Assembly (NCBI GenBank): GCA_013265495.1
Contig: MU057989.1
Coordinates: 1,877,513-1,941,512, forward strand
Direction: 5' to 3'
Length of the DNA stretch: 64,000 bases
Source of the DNA: Vicugna vicugna
Lineage: Eukaryota
Position numbers and translations under genes: made by a program. The notes below the pieces were generated by a model. That model ran no database searches, had not been told where the DNA came from, and saw only the letters and a program-made list of their open reading frames with translations. This document shows, one piece after another, positions 1-12,905 of the stretch (within the stretch, counting starts at the first letter, position 1; the number at the start of each line of letters is the position of its first letter).

Positions 1-399
1 CTCCCCTAAAAAGTGTTTTTAAAACAAACAAACAAAAAAACCCAAACCAAAAAACCCCCACCATTCCTGGGGGGCAGGCTGTCTGGTGTGAACGTCTCAC
101 ATCAGCATGTCCTTTGGACCCAAGCACATTGTTCTCATTATATGGATTCTAGCAATAGCCATTGTGACAGATCATTGAATTAGGAAGTGAACAAGTTCTT
201 TTCTCGAAGTTAACTCTTCACTTCCTTAAGGGAGGAGATTGTCTGGATAATCCAAGTGGTAGAGGACGGAAAAGAATTTGCAGTTGTTAGGGGAGAATAG
301 ATCATCAGTCATCTAAGTTCTAAATAATAAGTAGTTCACTTGTGTCCTTATTATTGTTGTTATTTTTTAGGTTCCTCATGTAAATGATGTCCTATGGCA

Positions 400-620
400 T
401 TATTCTTTCTCTTTCCGGCCCACTTCACTTAGAATGACAATCTTCAGGTCCATCCATATTGCTGCAAATGGCATTACTTTATTCTTTTTTATGACTGAGT
501 GGTATTCCATTGTATATATGTACCACATCTTCTTTAACCAGTCATCTGTGGATGGACACTTAGGTTGTTTCCATGTCTTGGTTATAGTAAATAGTGCTGC
601 CGTGAACATTGGGGTGCAAA
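400..620 (-). mobile_element. L1 fragment (end of ORF2)
   Basis: Translates to PMFTAALFTITKTWKQPKCPSTDDWLKKMWYIYTMEY, the L1 ORF2 C-terminus. Confidence 0.9.
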
Positions 621-739
621 AGAAATATATTCTTAAAGAGCAGAGGGAGTGAAACCACTGCTGCCTAGCAGGAGGGACACCTGACTGTTTCTGTTGAGCC
701 TGAGAGATAAGACAGGTTTTTGTCGTCATTGTTGTTTTG

Positions 740-980
740 CTGCCTCATTTTATTTTATTATCTATTTTTTGATTTACCATGTTCTATTAGTTTCTGGTGT
801 ACAGCATAGCGATTCAGACATAGATATATATATTTTCAGATTCTTTTTCATTATAGATTATTACAAGCTATTAAATATAGTTCCCTGTGCTACCCAGTAG
901 GACCTTGTTGTTCATCTATTTTATATATAGTAGTGAGCATCTGCTAATCTCAAACTCCTAATTTATCCCTCCCTCCCCCT
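740..980 (-). mobile_element. L1 3'-end fragment
   Basis: TTTCTGGTGTACAGCATAG...ATAGTTCCCTGTGCTA...AATTTATCCCTCCC; AAGA(C/G)AGGTTTT on both flanks. Confidence 0.75.
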
Positions 981-1124
981 AAGAGAGGTTTTAACATTGT
1001 TAAAAATTTATTAAAAATTTTTTTTTGTTGTTTTGATTTTAACATTTTTAAAGTGGTACAAATAAATCAAAAGAAGGACAAAATTGTAGGACATGTGAAA
1101 ATTACATGAAATTCTAGTTTCAGT

Positions 1125-1282
1125 ATCCTTAAATAAACTCCTGAGACACAGCCATACCCACTCATTTTCATATTGTCTGTGGCTGCTGGGGCCACAGGTG
1201 AGAAGCTACAGACACACCATGTGAGCAGCAAAGAGGAAGATATTCACTATCTGGTCCTTCATAGACGTTTACCAATCTCTGA
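1125..1282. mobile_element. MER58-like DNA transposon remnant
   Basis: ACACAGCCATACCCACTCATTT...TATTGTCTGTGGCTGCT...ATATTCACTATCTGG resembles the MER58 consensus (from memory). Confidence 0.55.
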
Positions 1283-1671
1283 TGTTGCTTACAATGGAAG
1301 TTTAAGCTGACCTTAGTAAATGACCTTACATAAAAATGTCACTGAATGAAAAAGGATTCTGCTCTTTTACTGCATGGCAGCCAGTAGGGAGGTGCCTCTG
1401 GCCCATCACCAGACTCTTCAAGATGCAACAGGGCCTGTGACTTTTACAAATACATGAAGGTCATTGTGATAAATGTTTTCCAAAGATTACCATGGCTGTA
1501 AAACCACTGGGAACACAGCCACAAATAAGGAAGACACACTCAGCTGTGGAAGAATGCATGAGTCTTTAGCTTCATTGCCTCAGTGAGGTATGCAACATCT
1601 TAGAAAGAACAATGAAGGATTGGTCAAGAAGAGGTGAACAGAAACAAATAATGAAAATTAATATTTTATTT

Positions 1672-1706
1672 GATCCATCAACAGATGACTGGATAAAGAG
1701 GATGTG

Positions 1707-1748
<42 letters not shown>

Positions 1749-2200
1749 GAATATTACTCAGCCATAAAAAAGAAAGAAATGATGCCATTTGCAGCAACAT
1801 GGATGGACCTAGAGATTATCACACTAAGTGAAGTTAAGTTAGACAGAGAAAGACAAATATCATATCACTTATAGGTGGAATCTAAAAAATAAAAGATACA
1901 AATTCTATTTACAATCCAAAAACAGACTCACAGACATAGAAAACAAACTATGGTTACCAAAGGGGAAAGGGCAGGTGGGATAAATTAGGGATTGGGGATT
2001 AACAGACACACATTACTATGTATAAAATAGATAAACAACAAGGACCTACTGTATAGCACAGGGAACTATATTCAATTGCTTGTAAAAACACATAATGGAG
2101 AAGAATCTGAAATGAAAAAAAATGTATAACTGAATCACTTTGCTCTACATCTGAAACTAACATTGTAAATTAACTACACTTCAGTACATTTTAAAAGATA
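1672..2200 (+). mobile_element. L1 3' fragment
   Basis: TCCATCAACAGATGACTGGATAAAG...GCAGCAACATGGATGGACCTAGAG...GTATAGCACAGGGAACTATA. Confidence 0.9.
1709..1745 (+). repeat. (CA)n microsatellite
   Basis: Direct reading. Confidence 0.97.
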
Positions 2201-2299
2201 TATTTTGACATTGATCACCTCACAATAACTGATGTAGAAAAAGTTTTCTGTATAGCTCATTGTTTTCATATGATTTGATCTCTGAGGACAAACTCATTT

Positions 2300-3090
2300 T
2301 CCTCTACTCTCACTCTGTTTCCTTCACTCTTGACACCAGAGGTGTGGATTTTCCCCACCCCAGGGGCATGTGCCATAATTCAATTCAGGTCTGACACCAG
2401 CTACCTGGAGTTAGGGTCAGATCCCACAAGACAAGGGCTCAGTCTCACAACTTCAGATGCCAATGGCAAGCCCAGGTTGTCTCTTCTGACCAACCAGCAA
2501 GGAGGGTTCCCATTACCCCTCCTTGGGTTTGATAATTTGACAGAATGGCTCACAGACCTCAGGGAAACACTTACTCATGTTTACTGGGTTATTGTGAGGA
2601 TACAGATGAGCTGCCAGAGGAAGAGATTCTTAGAGTAGAGCATCTTTCTGACCTCCCCAGACTTGCCTTCTTCCAGAACTTCCAGGTGTTCAGCACCCTG
2701 AAGTCTCCAAACCCAGCTCTTCCTGGATTTTTATGAAGGTTCATCACGATAATCAATGATGCACCATTAACTCAATCTCCAGCCCCTCTCTCCTTCCCGC
2801 AGGAGGTAGGTTAGGGCTGAAAGTTCCAAGCATCTAATCGTGGCTTGGTCTCTCTGGTGACCAGCCCCATCCTGAAGCCATCCCAGAGTCCATCTCTTTC
2901 GAACAAGACACTCCTACTGCCCAGGAACTTCCAAGGGGTTTAGGAGCTGGGTCAGGAACCAGGATCCAAGACCAAATGTTGAAATAAAAGATGCTCCTAT
3001 GGTCTGATCACTTAGGAAACCACAAGAGTTTTATACGAACCCTGTGTCAGGAACGGGGGCAGAGAACAGTGTATAGCTTTTCTGTCCACA
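2300..3090. mobile_element. MER21-like LTR element
   Basis: TCAGATCCCACA..AAGGGCTCAGTC, GAATGGCTCACAGACCTCAGGGAAACACTTAC; similar to 5180-5935. Confidence 0.6.
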
Positions 3091-3389
3091 CTTCGTATTA
3101 TCCTCTAGCTCTTTACATGTTCATGTGATCGACTGGCTGCCATGCAGTTACAATGTAGTGTGTGTCTCCTGCCTGATCGTATTGCCAGCCGTAGGTTATA
3201 CATATACATTTATTTGTTTTCATATTCTTTTTCATTGTAGGTTACTACAAGATACTGAATACGGTTCTCTGTGTTATACAGTATAAACTTGTTTTTTAAA
3301 ATCTATTCGGTCATTAGTTTCTGCAAATTTTGAACTCCCAATTTATCCTTCAGGCTCATTCTTTATGGATATTCTTTTTATTTGTTTTT

Positions 3390-3505
3390 TGGGGAGGAGA
3401 TAATTAGGCTTATTTATTTCTTTATTTAGTGGAGGCACTGGGGATTGAACCCAGGCCCTTGCGCTTGCTAAGCACATGCTCTACCACCGAGCTATACCTT
3501 CCCCA
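3390..3505 (-). mobile_element. tRNA-Ala-derived SINE
   Basis: Reverse complement of the SINE head (A and B boxes) plus CCTAATTA tail. Confidence 0.9.
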
Positions 3506-3951
3506 CCTTCTTTATGGCTATTCTTATTCTATCTTGAGGCATAATCAACTCTTAAACAAATACAACCTACAAAACAAATCAATCTAAGGACCAAAAAAAT
3601 AAAAACAACATCAAAACCAGAAAACCCCACCCAATAAATAAATCAGAAGCTTGGAGAAGTGAAGTAGCAGTGAGAGGGATGTGAATGACCTCTTCTCGTT
3701 CCTGTGGGATTCCAAGAACTTCTGTGGCACCATCTGTTATTAGAAAGAGGCTGAAGGACTTTTGGGAAAGAATTAGAGGTTTTAACAGCATCCTGCCAAA
3801 GGAACTGCAAGGACTTTAGACAAGGCATAAGTAGTTAAGATGATTTCACTTTTAAAAACAACTTTTTTTTTTTCAGTTTATACCCAAGAATTTTTAAAAT
3901 TTTATTTAATTAATTTTTAAAATTGAAGTATAGTCTTTTTATTTTTTTGGT

Positions 3952-4070
3952 GAGGGGAGGTAATTAGGTTTGTTTATTGTTTATTTATTCTTAGAGGAGG
4001 TACTGGGGGTTGAACCCAGGACCTCATGCATGCTAAGCCTGCGCTCTACCACTTGAGCTACACCCTCCCC
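3952..4070 (-). mobile_element. tRNA-Ala-derived SINE in the tail of an L1 3' fragment (4075-4312)
   Basis: Same family; TGAAGTA recurs on both flanks. Confidence 0.88.
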
Positions 4071-4864
4071 GCCATGAAGTAGAGTTGATTTACACAGTTG
4101 TGGTAATTCCTGGTGTACAGCAAAGTGATTCAGTTATATGTATTATATATGTATATATATATATGTATATATATATACCTTTTCATATTCCTTTTCATTA
4201 TAAGCCATCGAAAGGTATTGAATATAGCTCCTTGTGTTATATAGTGGGGCCTTGTTGTCTATTTTATATATATTAGTGTCTATGAATCCTGAACTCCCAA
4301 TTTATCCCTCCCCTCCAGTTTTAAAAACAACTTGATTGAGAAATAATTTACATACCATAATGTTCACCAATTTTAAGTGTATGTTTCAGTGATTTTTAGT
4401 ATAGTTTACTGAATTGTGCAAATACCACCATAATCCAATTTTAGATCATTTCATCAGAGAAAATTTCACTTGAATAACTTATGAAGATTATCCCTTAGGT
4501 GGACTTAGCGATGAAAATTTCAAAGTGGAAATAGCTTTATAGTCTTATAGTTACATGATAAAAATTGATTAGTATATGCTTATTTAAAAAAAATCGTTCC
4601 TACCACTTAGACATACTCTTAAAATATTAGTGTATATTCTTTGACATTCTGCACTACAAAAAGCAGTCTTTCCCCCCAAAATCAAACATTACAGATATAT
4701 ATAAAGCACAAAATTTAAACACTTCTCCTTTAACTCCACCTCTGTTGGGGCAGAAGTCTTGGACGGCCCCGGGAGTTCCTGTGCCCTCAGCGCCTGGGTC
4801 TACATGTCCCCTGGAGCTGTCAACATGGTGCTTGTTGCTCTCATGACTGGGCTACACTAGGCGG

Positions 4865-6125
4865 CATAATCAGCCCCCAACATGGACTATCTGGGTGGGC
4901 TTGACCCAATCACAGGAGTCCTTTAAAATCAGAGCATTTTTTTCTGGCTGGTGGTGGAAGAGGAAGTGAGTCCTCAAGCATGAGAAGGACTAGAAACACT
5001 TGAAGGCGGGAGGGGCCACGTGACAAAGGATGCAGACAGCCACTGGGAGCTGAGCAAGCTGCCCTGATCTGCCGGCAGCGAGGAAATGGGACCTCAGTTT
5101 TATAACTACAAGGAATAAGATTCGCCAATGTGAGTGTGAGTGTGAGTGTGAGTGTGAGTGTGTGTGTGTGTGTGTGTCAGAGGGACTTCCCCCACACCAT
5201 CAAGCATTCTGCAATAGCAGCAGGGTGTCTGTCCCATAGTTCAACTCAATTCTGACATCTCTACCTGAGATAGTATCAGATCCCACAGGTGAAGGGCTCA
5301 GTCCTCCAAGACCAGCCCCCACTCTTCCACTTGAAATGTCAAGTTATCATCTGTGCTTCTGTCCACCTGGCGATAGATCTGAGGTTCCAACAACTTGCCC
5401 TCCTTGAGTTCAATCCATTTGCTAGAGCGGCTCACAGAACTCAGAGAAAATGTTACTTAACTCATTACTAGTTTATCATAAAAGATTATAACTTGGAAAC
5501 AGCCAGATGGAAGAGATGCACAGGGCCAAGTCCAGGGAAAGGGCACGGAGCTTCCCAGCCCTCTCCTGGCATCACTCTTCCTGAATTTCCATGTGTCCAC
5601 CAACCCGGAAGCTCTCTGAAACCTGCCCCTTTGAGATTTTATAAGGCTTCATTACATAGGCATGAATGATTAACTCATTGGTCACTGACACCTGATTGAA
5701 CCTCCAGCCCCTCTCAGGGGGTGGGACTGAGAGGTCCAACCCTCCAATCACGTGGTTGAGTCTCCTGGCTACAGACCCTGTCTTTAGGTAGGGTCCGAAA
5801 GTCACTTATTACATAATGAAAGGCACTTTTAATCACTCTCATCACTTAGGACTTTCCAAAGGTTTTAGGAACTCTGTGCCACAAACAGATGGAGACCAGA
5901 TGTGTATTTCTTCTTGTAAGTCACAATATCACAGCTAGCACCTTGAATGAGCTGGAACCTAGATTCTTCCCGAAGTTCTCCAGGTGAGGACTCAGCCTGG
6001 CTGACAAACCGACTTCAGCCTTGTGCGCCCAGGTGCGCTGTGGCTGATCTCTAACCTACAGACACCGCGAGATAATACAAAGGTGTTAAAGTCGCTGAGA
6101 ATCTGTCACACAGCAACAGAAGACT
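4865..6125. mobile_element. MLT1-like LTR interrupted by a MER21-like LTR (5180-5935)
   Basis: GGACTATCTGGGTGGGC..AATCACAGGAGTCCTT, AGGAAATGGGACCTCAG..ACTACAAGGAA, resuming at CCTTGAATGAGCTGGAA; family names from memory. Confidence 0.55.
5129..5177 (+). repeat. Compound (TGTGAG)n(TG)n microsatellite
   Basis: Direct reading. Confidence 0.95.
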
Positions 6126-6889
6126 AACAGAACCCCCAATCCCACTGCTCAGGAGGTAATCACTTAACACAATTTGGGGAGCCCCCTTCCAGGTATTTTA
6201 ATTCAGACATAAGTATACATTTAAATGGGATTATTTCTAATATTTGCATCTTGTTTTCTTCACTTAATAGAGTGTCAGCATCTTTCTTTGTAGCACTCAT
6301 GTATTTTTTATTTTATTTATTCATATTGTGTGTGTGTGTTTACAAGACAATTTGTAGAAGCTTTGTCAAAGGGTGTGCTACTTAAAATTCTGGAAGAGAC
6401 CGTCCAATTGCTTTCAGAAAGAGACCGCAGTGATTCCCAGTCCCAGCAAACGTGCGAGTCCAGGCTCTCCATGCTCTCTCACTTCTCATGCTCTTCAACA
6501 GTGTTTCTTGCCCATTGGAATTTCTTTTATAGTCAACAAACTTAGAGTCAGGTAACAACCTACCACTGTAGTCTACTTCTGTTTATTAAGCGTTATCAAA
6601 ACAATTGAGGGAGGTAACAGTACTGGCCTTTGTACTTTCATGCACACAAACTCGGGCCAAATTACTAAAATTTGGGCTACTTGTTTAAGCAACTGTTGTT
6701 TCTAGACATAAGTATTCTGTTTTGAAAGAGTCACAAAATATTCCTGAGTTTCAGCAGAATATCCTTCCAAATCTATTTGTATTAACTTGTATTTTTTTAC
6801 TTCAGAGACCCAAAATATCATATTTTTAAAATATCTCTAATATTTCTTACTTGAATTATTTTTTAAAGTCCAGAAAGCATGGTTAGCTG

Positions 6890-7490
6890 CCACTTGGAAG
6901 CAACCAAGATGTCCTTTGGATGGTGAATGGATAAATAAACTATTACATTCAGACAAGGAAATATTATTCAGGGCTGGAAAGAAATGAGCTAGCAAACCAT
7001 GAAAAGACATGGAGGAATCTTAAAGGCATTTACTAAGTAAGTGAGAGGAGCCAATTGGAAAAGGCTACATATTGTGTGATTCCAAGTATGTGACATTTTG
7101 GAAAAGGCAAAACTATGGAGACAATGAAAACATCAGTGGTCCAGGGTTGGGGTGGGGGAGGGACGAACAGGCGGAGCACAGGATTTTTAGGGCAGTGAAA
7201 CTACTCTGTATGTTAGCACAGTGATGGACAAAGGTCATTACACATCTGTCCAAACCCATAGAGTGTACAATGCCACGAGTGAACCCTAAGATGAACTATG
7301 GACTTTGAGTGATAACAATGTGTTAATGTAGGTTCCTCAGTTGTAGCCAAAGTATCATCTCAGGGGGGAGGGGCGTGTTCATTTTATGGAAAACTGCGCA
7401 CGTGTCTGGGCAGGAAGTATATGCGGCGTCTCTGCACCTTCTGCACAGTTTTGCTGTGAACCTAAAAAAACTGCTCTAAAAAAAGTCTTT
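6890..7490 (+). mobile_element. Old L1 (L1M-type) 3' end
   Basis: TGGAAGCAACCAAGATGTCC..GGTGAATGGATAAA, GGAAAAGGCAAAACTATGGAGACA, GTCCAAACCCATAGA. Confidence 0.8.
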
Positions 7491-7508
7491 TAAAAAAAAG
7501 CGTGGTCC

Positions 7509-7700
7509 TGGGGTAGGGTATGGCTCAGTGGTAGAGCATGTGCTTAGCATGCATGAGGTCCTGGGTTCAATCCCCAGTACCTCCATTAAATAAATACATA
7601 AATAAACAAACAAATAAATAAACCTAATCCCCCCATAGTTAAAAAACAAAAAAAGATAAGGATAAAAACAGGAAAAAAACTTTAAAAAATTTAAAAATAA
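7509..7700 (+). mobile_element. tRNA-Ala-derived SINE
   Basis: GGCTCAGTGGTAGAG..GCTTAGCATGC..GGTTCAATCCCCAGTACCTCC with A-rich tail; AAAAAG(C)(G/A)TGGTC TSD-like flanks. Confidence 0.92.
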
Positions 7701-8179
7701 AAAGCATGGTCACATCACCAATCAAAGATGACACTTTCATCAGGTTCGTCAAGGTGAGGGGTGTCTGAACCTTAATACCATTTCACAGGGAGTCTAATTT
7801 TGTAAACCCTCTATTGTAGGACACAGCCTCTTTGGGTCTGTTGGTCAAATAAGTTTCAAATATGTTCGTTCTTCTGTGGAAACACAGTGGTCCTTTTAGA
7901 GGATGGCTCTTTTAAAGATGCCAAGTATCTAGAGAGAACGTCTCTTTAGCTAGCTACTGCCTGCCTGAAGATGAAGAGCATTTCCTCCTCCATTCTATAC
8001 CTGGTAAAATGTCCTTCAACTTTGCCCTGAATTTAACTGATTTTTCAAGTCTTAAATCCATTCCACAAGTATTTACTAGAACAAGTGTGTCCTCATCAGT
8101 GGTGGAGGTCGTAAAGATAAACCCGGGGCCATTCAGGATAAAGCCTCAAACTGCATATCCAGTTTAGTTTATTCTCAAA

Positions 8180-8527
8180 CAGCGTTTCCCCACTTGGTGG
8201 GCTGGATAATCCTTTGCTGCAGGGGGCTGTCCTGAGCACTGCAAGATGGGCGCAGCATCCCTAGACCCTGCATGCTCCATCCCTGCGGCATCCTCAGGTC
8301 ATGACAGTACAAAAATGGCTCGAGGGGGAGCGTAGAGCTCAGTGGCAGAGTGTGCTTAGCATGCAGGAGGCCCTGGGTTCAATCCCCAGTACCTCCATTT
8401 TTAAAAAAAAAAACTAGGAAATAAATAAACCTAATTAATTACCTCCCCTTCACACAAAAAAGCTTAAATTAAACTGAAAAATAAAGTCTCCAGACAGTGC
8501 CACCCGTCTCCTGGTTGAGAACCACTA
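8180..8527. mobile_element. MER20-like DNA transposon split by a SINE (8323-8460, +)
   Basis: GGGCTGGATAAT..GGGGGCTGTCCTG..GTCTCCAGACA..CTGGTTGAGAACCACT. Confidence 0.7.
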
Positions 8528-8714
8528 ATTCTAGAAACACTCACAACTTTCTCTTAAACAGACCATGAACATACATGTCTTGAATTATTGTTTTCTCAGC
8601 CTCGAATGACAGTAGGAATCCTTTACACTTTTCAAGATCCGTAGTCTCCGTGAAGACTCCCCAGGCACAGAGACTCCAGTGGTGGAACACATATTTCAGA
8701 TTCCTCCTTGCTTT

Positions 8715-8886
8715 CTTTTTTTAAATTATTTTTTGTAACTTTTTAAAATTGAAGTACAGCTGATTTACAGTGTTTTGTTAGTTCTAGTGTACAGCATAGT
8801 GATTCAGTTATGCATACATATATGTGCTTTTTCATTACAGGTTACTACAGGCCGCTGAACATAGTTCCCTGTGCTATGCAGTAGGA
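8715..8886 (-). mobile_element. Short L1 3'-end insertion with TSD
   Basis: CCTCCTTGC(T/C)TTCTT on both flanks. Confidence 0.75.
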
Positions 8887-9259
8887 CCTCCTTGCCTTCT
8901 TGAGGACTAGCTGTCCATTGGGCCTATGGAATTGGGGTGGGGGGTGCTTAGTGTCCCTTACAAACTAAGACAAGTGCCTTGAAGCAAGACAATACAGAAA
9001 CTTTTCTATGACAAATTATGCAAAGGAAACTGTCCTAGATTTGGGGGAAGACAGAGCAACAGGATGGGTGGGGAGGGGGTCAGAGGAGGCTTCCCTGAGA
9101 AGGTGGCTGAGTTGAGCTCTAAGGAACCAGTCACATTTAACTAGAAGTGAGGGGTTCACTCAGGCCCTGGTGGGTGCAGGGACCATCCCCAGTCTTCGTG
9201 GCCCTGGAGGAATTTACAGTCTGGGGGGAGAGGGCCACATCAAGAGTACCTTTTGGGGG

Positions 9260-9612
9260 TGAGGGAGAGGGTATAGCTCAGTGGTAGAGAGAGTACTTAG
9301 GATTCACGAGATCCTGGGTTCAATCCGCAGTACCTCCATTAAAAAAATTAAGTAAGTAAATAAATAAACTTAATTACCAGGGGGAGGGTATAGCTCAAAC
9401 TTGTGCATGCTTAGCATGCACCAGGTCCGGGGCTCAACCCCCAGTGCCTCCTCTAAAAGTAATTAAATAAATAAACCTAAAGATCCCCCTCCCCCAAAAC
9501 AAAATAAATAAATAAACCTAATTTTTTTAATAGCTAAAAAAAATTAAAATAAACTTAATTACCTCCCTCCTAAAAAAAAAAAAGCTTAAAAAATAATTGA
9601 AAAAAAAAAAAG
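9260..9612 (+). mobile_element. Two nested tRNA-derived SINEs
   Basis: Second copy at 9380-9546 is flanked by AAATAAACTTAATTACC (9362-9378 and 9547-9563). Confidence 0.88.
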
Positions 9613-11086
9613 AAGAAGAAGACTGAAAGGAGGCACCCTGTTTAGTTTGGGACTCTGGAAGGGTCTCTCGAGGCTGCGTGGCCATCACCTCACAGACGGG
9701 GAAACTGATGCGAGGACCCCAGGCCCAAGGTCGCGGAGCTCACTCAGAGGACGGACCCGATCAGCCTCGGAGTCTCCAACCCCAGGCCGCCGGAGGCCGC
9801 TGCACTTTGCTCGTTTTGGCCCTGACTTCATCCTAACAAGGGTCACACAGCATCACTTCCCCTAATTCCACCGCACTAGACGCAGTTTCGCGTTACTACT
9901 GTTGCATCAGGATTCCATGTGTCAAGAACGATTTGGAAAATTATCGTCTTCTTTGAACAGTATCTCCATGACTCTGGAAAAGGCTGTCGGTTCCTTCTCC
10001 AAGAGCACTGAGCAACAATGCTTAAAAAGTGGTTATCCGTTTTCTCATTTGTAAACCAAGGATGATAATGGCACCAGCCCTTTAGGGTAAGTGTCAGAAT
10101 TAAAACTAACACGCACTAAACATTCAGAGCATGCTGGTATAGGTGCGAGCTCAGCAAATGCTATAGTTACAGAATGAGAGGAGGATTCATGGGTGGGTGG
10201 ACGAAACAGGACCTTGTCTTTGTTCTCAATGAGCCCCTCAGCCCTCACCTCTCCCTGCTCACAACTAAGCCAATCCCAGTATGGGTGTGGTCAACTCCTC
10301 TTTGTCCGCCACACAAAAATGTCATCCTCTGTTTGCTAAACAGACATCTGGCAACAATCTCTCGGGATGTCCCCCACTCCCACTAGGGCCTGGGTGAGCC
10401 CCTCACTGCTAGGCAATCCTAAAAAAAACCAAACAAGAAAACACAGTGCAATTCCAACCTTGAGAAAGAAAAGACCAGGACACATTAGGAGGGCTCTGGG
10501 AAAACAGGTGAATATTGGGATGATTTTTAACACCCAAGGAAGGTTTTTATGATTGATTCTCACACTGAAGGTGGCATCCGTGCATCAGTGGAAGAAACTG
10601 ACTTGAGGAGTAGCAGACTGCGGTCCCAGATTTCCTCTCTATTACATTCATTCACTCATTCAGTCATTAAGTGTTTATTGTCCATCTCTATGTGCTAGGC
10701 ACCTGTGAGTCCACGGATTCATGGAGAGATTGTTAACTGGTTTTATTCATATGATGGCTTTCAGATTCTTTTTTCATTTTGAGTGAAAACAAAACAAAAC
10801 CTCTAGCAGTTCCCCAGTTGTTGAGACCTAGTTTTCCCTTTTCATTGATGATTGTGTGGCAAGCTGTTTCCGTAACAATCATTACATGTAAAATAGTTGG
10901 CTCTTTAAAACATAAGTCTGCAAAGTTCTTTTTGCAGCAAGAACAGCTCACTGGTAGATATACCAGAAGCAGATGGTACAGGAAAACAGGGATGACATCA
11001 CAGCAAATCAAAAGATACTGTACTAAAATATTTTTCTTAAAAGGAAGTACAAGGATGTGACAGGACTTTAGAAGTAGAGGTGACTA

Positions 11087-11235
11087 GGGGAGGGTATAGC
11101 TCAGCGGTAGAGTGCATGCTTAGCATACACTAGGTCCTGGGTTCAATCCTCAGTACCTCCATTAAAAAAAATTAAAAATTAGTAAATAAACTTAATTACC
11201 TCCCCCCTAAACAAACACACACACAAAAAGAATTA
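11087..11235 (+). mobile_element. tRNA-Ala-derived SINE
   Basis: Same family. Confidence 0.92.
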
Positions 11236-11519
11236 GGAGTGACTGTTTAAGTTGCCTTTATTATTTTTTTTAAATCCTAGTTTTAAAAAACTGTTTTCTC
11301 TAACATTTCTAACTTTACAATATTTCAAATATGGCATCTTTAAGATTCTGACAATGGAGCTGATAGGGAAATTAATAAGCAAAACTAAAACGCAGGGATG
11401 TCAAACACAGAGCCCAGAGCAAGGTTACCATGGCATCTTCTTAGTAAAGAAACTCCATCTACGACAAGAGTCCACCTCATGAGGATGTAATAACAAAAAA
11501 CAGAATAAAAAGCAACAAT

Positions 11520-12050
11520 TAAGATTTGTTGGATGCTTACCAGGTGCCAGACACTGGATTAAGTGCTTTACATTGATTGTCTTATTTAATCTTCACCGCA
11601 GTCCCCCAGGGTAGATATTATCATTATCTGCACTTTTATATATATATGAAAACTGACGCTTAGAACAGTTAAATCACTTGCCAAACATCCCATCGCTAGC
11701 TGCTGTGGAACCAACAGGGATCTGAGTGAAGGCTTTCTGAGTGAGGAGCTCTCTCACTTTGAAAGCACTATATCATCTACACAATGGAGGGAGGGGGGAC
11801 AATAAGGAAGAAAACAAAAAACTCCCTGCCAATTGTTGTTTTAACTTAGTGCAAAAAAAAAGCACGTTCAGCCTTTGAGATTCTAATCTAATTCTCATAA
11901 CAGTCTGAGGGGGCGGGTTTTTATCATCCTCGTTTATAGAGGATGGAGCAGAAACTTAAAGAGGGCAAAAAACTTGCCCAGAACCACACATTCAGTAAGT
12001 AATGGATGCGAGACTCGGACCCAGGGCCATCTGTCTCAGAAGCCCCAGTG
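11520..12050. mobile_element. MIR fragments
   Basis: TGCTTACCAGGTGCCAGACACTG..TAAGTGCTTTACA..ATTTAATCTTCAC, GAAAACTGACGCTTAGA, ACTTGCCCAGAACCACAC. Confidence 0.65.
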
Positions 12051-12794
12051 TTCTTCCCAGGTTCCTTCAGGGGCAGGGGGCGGGGTTCAGGTTTGCCCCA
12101 GGTAGATCGCGCTTTCTGTTCCTATCCATGGAGGAGCAAACTCTCCTTTTCACCTTTTCTAGGGCAATTCATCCAGAATAACCCCCCACTCCATGGCTTC
12201 CTTCCAGTGGCTGACTCCCAGAGTTTGTATCCAACCAGGTGAGATCCTTTCTCTCTGAGAAGCTTTCTGGGCTGCTGTCCTCATCCACCGCCCCACCCAC
12301 CCCCAGGTCCAGGTCCCTCCTGAGTGCTCAAAATTACCCTACACTTACCTGGTTCCAGCGCTCACGCCCCGTGGAATCATCCCTTACTGTCTGCCTTGCC
12401 TCTCCCAACCTCTCCAGGGCTCTGCCACATGCACCATCCAACAGTGATTGTGTGCTGTCTACTCAGTGTCTAGCTAGGTGCCTGGCACACAGGAGATGCT
12501 CAATGAATGTCTGATGGATGGATGAGTAAATACTGACCTCAGGTCCTCTGCAACTACCGCCATCATACTGAACTCCATAATTCAAATGTCCCTGCCACTA
12601 ATGGGACACACACATACACACAAAATCATATGTATGGTGAATCTGTAGTTCATGAAGTGGACCAAACAGTACTCATTGTTAGGATGAATAATGACCATTG
12701 GTAAAGTAAATGTCTTTATGTTTTGAACAGGTTTTTCTTTCTTGTTTTTTGTTCTAATTTTTTGATTTTATTTTTTTATTATCATTTTTTTTCC

Positions 12795-12905
12795 CTTGGT
12801 GGGGCAGGTAATTAGGTTTACTTATTTATTTTAACGGAGGTACTGCGGGTTGAACCCAGGCCCTTGTGCATGCTAAGCACACACTCTACCGCTGAGCTAC
12901 ACCCT
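12795..12905 (-). mobile_element. tRNA-Ala-derived SINE
   Basis: Same family. Confidence 0.9.

Noticed and set aside
7509..7586. tRNA-Ala(AGC)-like sequences here and at about 20 other sites
   Set aside because: They share an AT-rich tail, A-tails and TSDs, have decayed stems and lack an oligo-T terminator. They are SINEs, not tRNA genes.
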